A DNA stretch of 64,000 bases, from NCBI GenBank assembly GCA_947626925.1, contig CANQTU010000001.1:2714-66713 (forward strand), in the 5' to 3' direction. Of the stretch, positions 10,030-18,871 are shown one piece after another. Each line of letters starts with the position of its first letter. Position 1 is the stretch's first letter. A program made the position numbers and the translations under genes. The stretch is from an uncultured Clostridia bacterium. GTDB taxonomy: Bacteria > Bacillota > Clostridia > TANB77 > CAG-508. Under the pieces are notes generated by a model. That model was not told the DNA's origin, ran no database searches, and worked only from the letters and a program-made list of their open reading frames with translations.

Positions 10030-10551
10030 TTAGAATTCAAATAATACAGCTTTCTTCTCTTTAAGTGATTTTTTGACATCTATTATTCTTTGATTACTAG
10101 AACCTCTAAAACGTAATTTTATATCTTTTTTTTCTTCTTCAAATTTGCCATCTACTACAACATCTAAGTAAGATAAAAGTTCGGGAGTTTCTTCCCATTT
10201 ATTACACATGTCGTCCATAACATCTTTATCAAAAGTGTAGCCTGTATAACACCATATATTTTTTTCCGGAAATTTTTCCTTAACTTTTCTAACTAATGGT
10301 AAAAGTCCTTGTTGGTTTATATGTTCTAAAGGCTCTCCACCTAATAAAGATAAACCAGATACATAAGGATGATCTAGTTCTTTTATAATTTTATCTATTT
10401 CTTCTTCTGTAAATTCTTTTCCATAATTAAAGTCCCAAGCTTCACTATTAAAACAATTTTTGCAGTGATGTGTACAACCACTTACAAATACTGAAACTCT
10501 CACTCCTAGTCCATTTGCTACGTCTGCTTTTTTAATATCTGCATAATGCAT
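10030..10551 (-). CDS. nrdG: anaerobic ribonucleoside-triphosphate reductase activating protein (radical SAM)
   Basis: GCTHHCKNCFN matches the CxxxCxxC cluster. Size (173 aa) and N-terminal ADxxNGxGxRxxxFxxGC pattern are typical of NrdG. Confidence 0.85.
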   Translation of the reverse strand: MHYADIKKADVANGLGVRVSVFVSGCTHHCKNCFNSEAWDFNYGKEFTEEEIDKIIKELDHPYVSGLSLLGGEPLEHINQQGLLPLVRKVKEKFPEKNIWCYTGYTFDKDVMDDMCNKWEETPELLSYLDVVVDGKFEEEKKDIKLRFRGSSNQRIIDVKKSLKEKKAVLFEF

Positions 10552-10565
10552 ATGTATCCCTTCCT

Positions 10566-11138
10566 TTACTTTGAAAATAATCCTGCAATCCAGTTGAATA
10601 ATGGATTTTCAAATAATAATTCTTGCATCCATCCTTTTGTGAATGGTATTTGCCATAAAACAACTCCAAGTATAATTACAACTATTATTGTTAATATTAA
10701 AGCTATTATATCTTTTTTTGTTACTTCTTTAAATTCTTCTCTTTTTGGTTTGCTTTTGTATAATTCTTTAAGTAATGCTATAATTCCTGAAAAACTTCCT
10801 ACTTTATGCTTTTTCATGTTTTCGTTAATCTGTTCTACCTCTGCTTTTTCTTTTGTTTGCCTATTTTGTGTATTTGATGACGTTTCTTTTGTTCTAGGTA
10901 TAACATTTTTTTTAGCCATTTGTTTTTCAATTTCTAAATCGTATTGTTCTCTTAAAAAATCATTTGAAAGTACGTCATAAGCTTCATTGATTTCTTTTAT
11001 TTTTTGTTCATTACTAATTCCTTTGCCATTTTTGTTTAAGTCTGGATGATATTTTTTTACTAGGACTTTATATGCTTTTTCAATGACTTCTTTTGACGCT
11101 TTTTTATTTACTTCTAAGATTTCATAATAATTTTTCAT
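10566..11138 (-). CDS. J-domain protein with C-terminal transmembrane segment
   Basis: [31 protein letters not shown]-domain with HPD; hydrophobic [19 protein letters not shown] near the C-terminus. Confidence 0.8.
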   Translation of the reverse strand: MKNYYEILEVNKKASKEVIEKAYKVLVKKYHPDLNKNGKGISNEQKIKEINEAYDVLSNDFLREQYDLEIEKQMAKKNVIPRTKETSSNTQNRQTKEKAEVEQINENMKKHKVGSFSGIIALLKELYKSKPKREEFKEVTKKDIIALILTIIVVIILGVVLWQIPFTKGWMQELLFENPLFNWIAGLFSK

Positions 11139-11210
11139 TTTTCACGTTTTTTCCTTGTTTAATTTTATCTCATTTTATATCAAATATAAAAAAATAGCAA
11201 TATAAAATTG

Positions 11211-13625
11211 CTACTTTTTTGCTTGGAATTTACAAACTATTATGCTCATGTCATCTTTAATTTTACCAAAGTTGTTGTCTATAGCTTCATTTAGTATTAG
11301 GTTTGCTATTTTTCTTGTGTTGTTGGTTTCTATGTCTTCTAACATATATTTTATCCATAGTTCTTTGTTTTTATATTCTATGTTGGCATCTAAAATGCCG
11401 TCTGAACACATTAGCATAATGTCTCCTGGCATTATGTCTTTGTCAAAGGTTTGTATGTTTCCTTTTTCTAACATTCCTGTTGGTAATGAATTAGATTTTA
11501 TTATTTGCACTTTTTTGTTGTTTTTTATGTATGTTGGGCATGCCCCACTTTTTATGAATTCTATTGTTCCTTCGTATAGGTCTATTATTGCTATGTCTAA
11601 AGTTGAGTATATGTCGTTGTTTTGATTTATTAAAGCTGTGTTTATTAAGTCTAGTGATATGCTTTTGTCGAATCCTGATAGTAGTAAGTTTTCTAACATT
11701 CTCAATGCTTGTGTACTACTTTTTCTAGCTTGAGTTCCTGTTCCCATTCCATCACTTATTGCTACTAGGTATTTTCCGTCTTTTAACCTAATTTGTAATA
11801 ATGCATCTCCTGATAATTCACTTTTATTTTTTGTGGTTTGCTCTACCCCTATTGCCATTATATATTTGTCGTCAGATAAGAAGTTTAGTTTTTTTCCTAT
11901 GCTTGCTTCTTCATTTAATACTATTTTTTCTTTTAGTACCTGTGTTAGTATTTTACTTATTGTTTCTATTTTTGCTGTTTCTAATATTTCGTCTGTGTAT
12001 ACTTCTAGAATGTATCTTCCTTCTTTTTTTATTGATATTTCTTGAACTGGTATGTCTTTTTGTTTTAATAATTCTAATATTTCTGCTTTTGGCTTTTCGT
12101 ATTGTGCTTCTTGATCTATGTCGTTTTCCATTCCTCTTGCCATGTTTTGAACTGCTTTGGAAATGGTGTCTAGTTGTTTGCCTAAGCTTTTTTGACTTTC
12201 TATTATTTTCTTTTTGCGTATGAAGTCAGCTTTTGCTATTTTGTATGATAGGTTTATTGTTCTTATTACTTGATTAAGATTTTCTTCTAAGTACTTACTT
12301 ATTTCTTTGTCATCAAATCCTACAATATAACTATTACATTTTGCAAATATTTCTAATAGTGATTGTCTATCAATTTCTTGTTTATCTAATAAATGTGTAA
12401 ATATTTCATCTATTATTTTTCCATCTGTATCTGATAAATCTTCATATAACATGTTTTCTTTGTATGGCTCTAGGTTGTTTAATAATTCTGTTATAAATAT
12501 TTGCTTGTTTTCATTTCTTTGAGTGTTAGCATCATAAGTTGTTGGCTCAATATTTTTATAATTTGTTGCCATTTCTTGTATTGTTTTTGATACTTGGTTT
12601 AAGTTCTCTGCCATTTCTTTACTTTTATTTAGGGCTCTATTAGGAGTTATTGGTAATAGTTTGGCTTTACCAATAAATTCTTCTAGTTCTATGTGTAAGT
12701 TTTTTGGTACAGCTAGTAAGCCTATTGAAGCTATTAATATTTCTTTGAAGTGAATTAGTTCAATTGTATATCCATTTGAAACATATGCTAAGACAACATT
12801 TCCTAATGTAAATCCAACTACAACTCCAATTTTACCAAATCTATTTAAAATTCCTGCTATCATACCAGAAATTGCATATGCTGCTATCATTATTGGCTCT
12901 GAGCCTGTTATTACTCCTATTGTTACACCTATTGTGACACCTGCAGTTGTTCCTACTAAAATTCCATTTTTCCATCCTAATATCATAACAATTAGTATGC
13001 TTAAAATATTTTTAATTCCAAAACCTAATATATTGAAGTCTCCAAATGCTCCTACTGCAATTGCTAATATAATACTTGCTCCTATTAATTCTTCTATTGT
13101 AAATGCTCTTTTTGTCCAAAATTCTTGTAATACTACAACAGAATTTACAAATATTTTATAAAATACAAGCCCAATTATAGCTGTTGTAATACTAGACAAA
13201 GCATCATAAATGGTAAAACTAGATATAGCAAGTTTTACTATCTGTATAATTAGTATAGACATAAATATATGCTTACTAATTTTTATTTTTTCATTTCTTT
13301 CTTTTTCATTATAAATTGGTTTAAAGATAAATAAAACTGTTATTAATACTAAAGATGTTAAAAAATACCCTAAGGTTCCTCCAACACCATATTTTATGAA
13401 GTTACCAATTATTGATGCACAAATAACACCTAATGCTGGAACTGAAGATGCAAAACAAGCACCTAACATGCTGATACTAAAAACAGAAAATTCTCCCCCA
13501 AGTCCAACCATTGATAACATAAATGAAATTATATAAATTACTATATTTTTGACAGCAAATACATTTGAAAAAATATTTACTTTATTATTTTCTTTTTCTA
13601 TAACATTTTGAAACATCCTTACCAC
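11211..13625 (-). CDS. spoIIE: stage II sporulation protein E (PP2C phosphatase with multi-TM N-terminal domain)
   Basis: 804 aa with roughly 10 N-terminal TM helices. C-terminal PP2C-like SGDALL...ISDGMGTG...CSDGILD motifs. Confidence 0.85.
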   Translation of the reverse strand: MVRMFQNVIEKENNKVNIFSNVFAVKNIVIYIISFMLSMVGLGGEFSVFSISMLGACFASSVPALGVICASIIGNFIKYGVGGTLGYFLTSLVLITVLFIFKPIYNEKERNEKIKISKHIFMSILIIQIVKLAISSFTIYDALSSITTAIIGLVFYKIFVNSVVVLQEFWTKRAFTIEELIGASIILAIAVGAFGDFNILGFGIKNILSILIVMILGWKNGILVGTTAGVTIGVTIGVITGSEPIMIAAYAISGMIAGILNRFGKIGVVVGFTLGNVVLAYVSNGYTIELIHFKEILIASIGLLAVPKNLHIELEEFIGKAKLLPITPNRALNKSKEMAENLNQVSKTIQEMATNYKNIEPTTYDANTQRNENKQIFITELLNNLEPYKENMLYEDLSDTDGKIIDEIFTHLLDKQEIDRQSLLEIFAKCNSYIVGFDDKEISKYLEENLNQVIRTINLSYKIAKADFIRKKKIIESQKSLGKQLDTISKAVQNMARGMENDIDQEAQYEKPKAEILELLKQKDIPVQEISIKKEGRYILEVYTDEILETAKIETISKILTQVLKEKIVLNEEASIGKKLNFLSDDKYIMAIGVEQTTKNKSELSGDALLQIRLKDGKYLVAISDGMGTGTQARKSSTQALRMLENLLLSGFDKSISLDLINTALINQNNDIYSTLDIAIIDLYEGTIEFIKSGACPTYIKNNKKVQIIKSNSLPTGMLEKGNIQTFDKDIMPGDIMLMCSDGILDANIEYKNKELWIKYMLEDIETNNTRKIANLILNEAIDNNFGKIKDDMSIIVCKFQAKK

Positions 13626-13808
13626 CTCTTAATATTTGATAGGCTTATTTTACTACTTGTCCTTCGTGGTTTTTGTCTTTTTTAGTAAGCTATTCTAAAA
13701 AAGTTTTTTACATTTTATTACATATATTTTTATTTTTCTTTTATTCATTTTATTTTCTGTTTTTTATTTTATTACAGAATGTAAAAAAAAGCAATAAAAA
13801 TACGAAAA

Positions 13809-13846
13809 AAGGTTGCCAAAAAGGACTGTCCCTTTTTGGCAACCTT
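13809..13846 (-). terminator. strong hairpin terminator after surface-protein gene B1 (aaggttgccaaaaagg-actgtc-cctttttggcaacctt)
   Basis: 16-bp perfect stem 15 nt past the stop at 13861. It belongs to the same sequence family as 5212-5242 and 63050-63081. Confidence 0.75.
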
Positions 13847-13860
13847 ATATATTTAGAAAA

Positions 13861-16800
13861 TTATTTCTTTAATACATATTTTTTTATAAGAATTATTCCT
13901 GATAATAATATTCCTAGTGAACTTATTGCTAATAATACAAATGCTATATAGTCTATTTGTAGTCCTGTTGGTGAAGTTATTACTATACTTTCAGAAGTAG
14001 CATCATCTTGCTCATGGGTTTCTGAATCATTATAAATGTAATTTCCTGGCATTGTTTCTACTAATGTAGAACCACCATTTTTTTGTATTATTTTTAATAT
14101 TTCCGCATTGTTTACCCATAAACTATCTTCATCATTTGCAGTATTTGCTAATAACTTAGAACCTTTTAATTGTAGACTTCTTGTTGAATCTGTTTCATTT
14201 ATAATGTCTCCAGATTCATTTATTTGTGCTGGTTGTAAATCTCCTTTCAATTCATCAGAACATGCTATTACTACGTTTCCTTCAAGTGCTTCTTTCATTT
14301 TATCACTTGTATCAATTAAACCTCCGTCTTTTAAATCTGAATATTTTTTGATTTCCCAGCCATTATTCAAATCTGGTGATATATTATTATCAAAATAATC
14401 TACTATCATATCAGCACTTAGTGTAACTTTATTTCCTTCTTGTTTCTTTCCATAGAAATAATAATCTGGATTATTATATTCTACTTCACTGATATTTGTT
14501 ACTCTTAATTTATATTCAAGATCTAATTTAGCACTTTGTTTTATTGTTTCATCTGGTATTTCAAATATAATTTGGCCATTTGCCCCTACTGATTTTTCAA
14601 TGTAACGTGCATAACTTCCTCTATCTTTTGTTCCATCATCATTTACTGTTACGTGACTTATCATTTGTCCTGTTGCTAAAGATAATTTTGCATCTATTAC
14701 TTGTTTATCTAATTTTAGTACTTGTCTTGCTCTTTCTACAATTCCAAAGTCTATACTTTTTATATCGTTTTTAAAGCCTTCTTTCTTTTTAATGAAATTT
14801 GTACCTTCTTCAAATTGTAATTTTCCATCATTATCAAGATCATACTCTGTTTTGTCTTTATTACCATCAAGTCCCAGCTCTGTTCCTGATTCGTAATACT
14901 CAATATTAACTCTAAATGTTGGTGTTGTAGATTCCATTTTTGTAATATATCCTGTACTACCCTCATTACCATATGCAGCATTTATATTATTTTCTATCTC
15001 ATTCGTAATAATTCCTGTTTGACTATCTATAGCTCCTCTTGTATCATAATTATCTAATGCATCAGATGTTCTTATTTCAGTTTCCGTAGATTTATTCCAT
15101 TCTATACCTGGGTATTTTTGCTTAAAGCCATCTTTATACCATTCTGGTTTAGCATCAGGTACTTTTGCCTTATAAGCATCTTCATTGACTATAGTACATT
15201 TATAATCTTGTACTCTATGTTCATTGTCTCCCCATTCATAAACAACTTTATAGGTATCTGGTAATAATCCACTAAATTTAAATTCTCCGCCATTTTTTGT
15301 AGTTGTTTCTTGAGTTGTTCCTTTTGAACCTATTAATTTTACTGTTACACCATCAAGTCCTTCATCTTCTGATTTATTATAAATTCCGTCCCCATTTCTT
15401 GTTTTGCCTGTCATTAAATCTTCACTTGTTGAGTCAACAAATACTATTCCTGATACTGTTCTATTTTCTTGTAATACTAGTTTTAATCCTGGTGCTTTGT
15501 CTGTATCATCTTCATAAGTTTCTGTTTTATTAATATCAAGGTTACCTGGTTGTGAATCTATGTCTATTCCTGCATAATTATTATTTCCTGATTTTGTTGA
15601 ATAAGATGTAATTTCTGCTATATTGTCTAATTTTACTGTTCCAACATTATCTAGTAATTTTACAATTTCTCCTGGTTTTACCGTTAATTGTATATATATT
15701 GGTTGTTCAGTTCCATGAGCTATTGTTAGAGAACTTGTAATAATAATTTTATTATAACTTCCTACTGTTCCTCCATTAGTCCATGATAAGTTATTTGCTT
15801 CAACAACAGTACCATCATTATTAATACTTGTTCCTATAACTACACTATTCATATCATATTTTGTGTCAAAATAATCTTCTATTTGATTTACTACAGATGT
15901 TAAACTTGAAGAACTATTTTTTATTCCTATTTTGTAAGTTACTTTTACACTTAATGTATCACTTCCGGTCTTTTGAATATCAGAAGGATATAATGCTCTA
16001 GTATAAGAACTATCACTACGTCCAGTTCCAAATTTTACTTGTGGCAACATATCATGGTCTGCACTACCACTACCTTTATCACTTTTAAATCTGTCAGCAT
16101 ACTTATAGATATGTGATACACCGTTAATATCTACTTTTGCAGTATTTAAATCTTTTACTAAACTTATGTCTGGTTGTTCTCTTTTTTTCAAACCTAAATT
16201 AATATTCTCTATAGATGGCATACCATCTTGTTTTTTTAGATCTGTAACAGATGCAAAATTTGTTAAAACTCCACTTGTAGCTTTAATTTGATATTTATTA
16301 TATACACCAGAAACAGGTCCTCTTCCATCTATATAATTAGAAGTACCATAATTGTCTATATTGCCTTCTCCGCCGAATATTAGTTTACTAGTATTATTTG
16401 ATGTTGTATATTCTAACTTGTCACCACCATTAGCTTGACCTTTTGTAATTGTTGTAAATTTATTATTAAAATCACTTCTTGATTCCTTAGCTATATTTTC
16501 TTGAGCTTTACTTCCGTTACTTGCATTTTTATTAAATGTTACTGCTTGGTAACTTATACCATTATAATGGAATATTATTTCATAATTTGGTAAATCATTA
16601 ATTAAGATTTTTTGAAAAACATAACTTCCATTACTATTTGTTAAAACTTGTTTTGTTTTACTTGAATCAGTTTTATGTTTTAATTCCACAACAACATTTT
16701 TTGATAAGAAATCTTGTTCTCCTGAATTTTGTTTGTATAGGTCATTTCTACCTGAGTCTTTTGTTTGGTCAATATTATCAAGCCAAACATATCCTTTTAA

Positions 16801-18867
16801 ATCTGTATATATTTTTTCATTTTCTACAGTAAAATTCTGACCTGATTTAGAAATCGGTAAATCTGTAATTTTATAAGGATTTTGTAAGCTTACTTCTTTA
16901 TATCCTTGATATGGATTGCTTACTTCATATAAAGAATATGTACCTGCATATTGTAAATTGCTTATTGTAAATTTACCATTTACATCAGTTTTATATACTG
17001 TTGCTTGATTTTTATCAGATACATAAGTTGCTGGCAATCCAGTTTTTAGATATCCTCTACCACTACAATATACTATAAACCCTACATTACTTAATGGTTT
17101 TTTCGTATATTTATCCTGTTTTAGAACCGTAACTGTAATTAATTTTTTATTTGTAAATGCTGCTGTTACTGTTTGTCCCATTTTTGTTATTTTTACACTT
17201 TTCGATTTAACTGGGTTATCTAAACTACCAGGTATATAATCTTTATTTGGGTTATATACTTCATAAATTGTATATGTACCAGTATCTTTAAGATTTTCAA
17301 CCGTTGCAGTTCCCTTACTATTAGTTATATATTTTGAAGCTTTCGTTTTATCACTTGTGTATGTAACTGGTGTTCCTTTTATTAAATATCCTTTTCCGCT
17401 ACAATGTACAATAAATTGTACATTTGCCAATGCCGCTCCTGTTTCTTCATCTTTCTTCGTAATTGTAATTTGGCTATATTTCTCGTTTTTCATCTTTATA
17501 GTTTTACTTTGTCCCATTGCTGTTATACTTGCATTTGCCGATTGAATTATATTATTTATATCACCCTTTATATAACCATCATTTGGATTATTAACTTCAT
17601 AAGCAGTATATGTACCAGTATCTTTAAGATTTCCAACTGTTACAGTTCCCTTACTGTTAGTTTTATATATTGTAGCTTTCTTTTTATCACTTGTGTATGT
17701 AACTGGCGTTCCGTTTACTAAATATCCTTTTCCACTACATTGCACAATAAATTGTACATTTGCTAAAGCATTTCCTGTTTTAGAATCAGTCTTTTCTATT
17801 ATTAATGAACTATAAGGTATTCCTGGTAATTCGATAGAAAAGGTTTGACTAGTAAATTTACCAGCATAAACTCCAATATCTTGTCCACCATTTCCAGCAC
17901 AAAATACTATTCTTGATTTTAATATTCCTGACAATTTTCTTTTAATTACTACTTTTTTTACTGTAGTTGGTTTTTTTGTCTTAAATGCTAAATAAAATGT
18001 TCCATTTGGTATTTCAATATCTTTTTTGATACTACTAGTACTAGCTTTCGCTGCCCATCCATCAGGAGTATATGTTGTATTATTATTATCAGTTAATACA
18101 ATACTTGTTATTTTATTACTTAGTGTTGCACCTGTTCCACCTGTTTTTGTAACTTTATAAGGTCCTACAAAAACCCAACTTCCAGATGTAGTTAGTTTTA
18201 CATTACTTTGCGTACTTTTATCTGCAAAAGCAAAATTTCTAATACCTTTTTCATAATCTGATGCTTCTTTAGTTAAAGCTGCTTTTTTATCTGCGTTGTA
18301 AAATTTGGTTTGCCAATCAAATTTAACATAATTTAATTCTGAATTAAAAAGTTTTGCATTTTTCAATGTTTTTGCATAATATCCAGTATAATATGTCATA
18401 GCTCCTTTATATGGTGCTGTTTGTGTCGCTCCCCATTTTTCATTATTTTTATATGATTGTGTTGCAAAATATGATATCCACATTGCATATCTTGCAGCTG
18501 TAGAATTTTTTACTGATAATGTTATATTTTGATCTGCTTTTTTACTTTTGTTTTTATCTTGGTTTTTTACTTCATCAATTGAATTATGTCCAACATCTAG
18601 TACAGCTGTCTTCATTCCCTTTTTATTACCGCCCTTATTTTCTTCGTAAAAACAATACCACACTCTTCGTTCAGTACCACTTTTACTTGCACCATCTGTA
18701 GATCCATTTGTAGACTTACTTATACTCATAGTAAAAAATGTATCAATTTTTTTATCAGCAGTTCTCGCTAAACTACCTATTGTTTGTGCATTTACTTTTG
18801 TTGGTATAAAAGCAAAGATACAAAATATAAAAATAAGCATAAATAATATTTTATATTTTAATTTCAC
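13861..18867 (-). CDS. giant cell-surface adhesin-like protein, type B copy 1 (1668 aa)
   Basis: Signal peptide MKLKYKILFMLIFIFCIFAFIPTKVNA. Three tandem SpaA/prealbumin-fold-like repeats (TGxALANVQFIVxCSGKGYL...YEVxNP). SdrD-B-like modules (GYVWLDN.., SGIVFVDS..) and DUF11-like DISLVKD segments. C-terminal TSPTG + TM + KKYVLKK. Confidence 0.8.
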   Translation of the reverse strand: MKLKYKILFMLIFIFCIFAFIPTKVNAQTIGSLARTADKKIDTFFTMSISKSTNGSTDGASKSGTERRVWYCFYEENKGGNKKGMKTAVLDVGHNSIDEVKNQDKNKSKKADQNITLSVKNSTAARYAMWISYFATQSYKNNEKWGATQTAPYKGAMTYYTGYYAKTLKNAKLFNSELNYVKFDWQTKFYNADKKAALTKEASDYEKGIRNFAFADKSTQSNVKLTTSGSWVFVGPYKVTKTGGTGATLSNKITSIVLTDNNNTTYTPDGWAAKASTSSIKKDIEIPNGTFYLAFKTKKPTTVKKVVIKRKLSGILKSRIVFCAGNGGQDIGVYAGKFTSQTFSIELPGIPYSSLIIEKTDSKTGNALANVQFIVQCSGKGYLVNGTPVTYTSDKKKATIYKTNSKGTVTVGNLKDTGTYTAYEVNNPNDGYIKGDINNIIQSANASITAMGQSKTIKMKNEKYSQITITKKDEETGAALANVQFIVHCSGKGYLIKGTPVTYTSDKTKASKYITNSKGTATVENLKDTGTYTIYEVYNPNKDYIPGSLDNPVKSKSVKITKMGQTVTAAFTNKKLITVTVLKQDKYTKKPLSNVGFIVYCSGRGYLKTGLPATYVSDKNQATVYKTDVNGKFTISNLQYAGTYSLYEVSNPYQGYKEVSLQNPYKITDLPISKSGQNFTVENEKIYTDLKGYVWLDNIDQTKDSGRNDLYKQNSGEQDFLSKNVVVELKHKTDSSKTKQVLTNSNGSYVFQKILINDLPNYEIIFHYNGISYQAVTFNKNASNGSKAQENIAKESRSDFNNKFTTITKGQANGGDKLEYTTSNNTSKLIFGGEGNIDNYGTSNYIDGRGPVSGVYNKYQIKATSGVLTNFASVTDLKKQDGMPSIENINLGLKKREQPDISLVKDLNTAKVDINGVSHIYKYADRFKSDKGSGSADHDMLPQVKFGTGRSDSSYTRALYPSDIQKTGSDTLSVKVTYKIGIKNSSSSLTSVVNQIEDYFDTKYDMNSVVIGTSINNDGTVVEANNLSWTNGGTVGSYNKIIITSSLTIAHGTEQPIYIQLTVKPGEIVKLLDNVGTVKLDNIAEITSYSTKSGNNNYAGIDIDSQPGNLDINKTETYEDDTDKAPGLKLVLQENRTVSGIVFVDSTSEDLMTGKTRNGDGIYNKSEDEGLDGVTVKLIGSKGTTQETTTKNGGEFKFSGLLPDTYKVVYEWGDNEHRVQDYKCTIVNEDAYKAKVPDAKPEWYKDGFKQKYPGIEWNKSTETEIRTSDALDNYDTRGAIDSQTGIITNEIENNINAAYGNEGSTGYITKMESTTPTFRVNIEYYESGTELGLDGNKDKTEYDLDNDGKLQFEEGTNFIKKKEGFKNDIKSIDFGIVERARQVLKLDKQVIDAKLSLATGQMISHVTVNDDGTKDRGSYARYIEKSVGANGQIIFEIPDETIKQSAKLDLEYKLRVTNISEVEYNNPDYYFYGKKQEGNKVTLSADMIVDYFDNNISPDLNNGWEIKKYSDLKDGGLIDTSDKMKEALEGNVVIACSDELKGDLQPAQINESGDIINETDSTRSLQLKGSKLLANTANDEDSLWVNNAEILKIIQKNGGSTLVETMPGNYIYNDSETHEQDDATSESIVITSPTGLQIDYIAFVLLAISSLGILLSGIILIKKYVLKK

Positions 18868-18871
18868 AGGA

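Noticed and set aside
11801-12223. Long antisense ORFs rich in Leu/Phe/Ile inside spoIIE, the giant surface genes, pcrA, ddl and others (many track entries)
   Set aside because: These are typical stop-poor antisense frames of AT-rich coding DNA. They lack RBSs, are low-complexity and are fully nested in strongly supported genes.
18300-18800. Thioester (Cys-Gln) adhesin domain in the N-termini of B1/B2
   Set aside because: B2 has a lone Cys (LLCVRH) and a FQQWIW string vaguely like TQxAIW. However, the spacing is too short and B1 lacks the Gln motif, so this cannot be supported from sequence alone.
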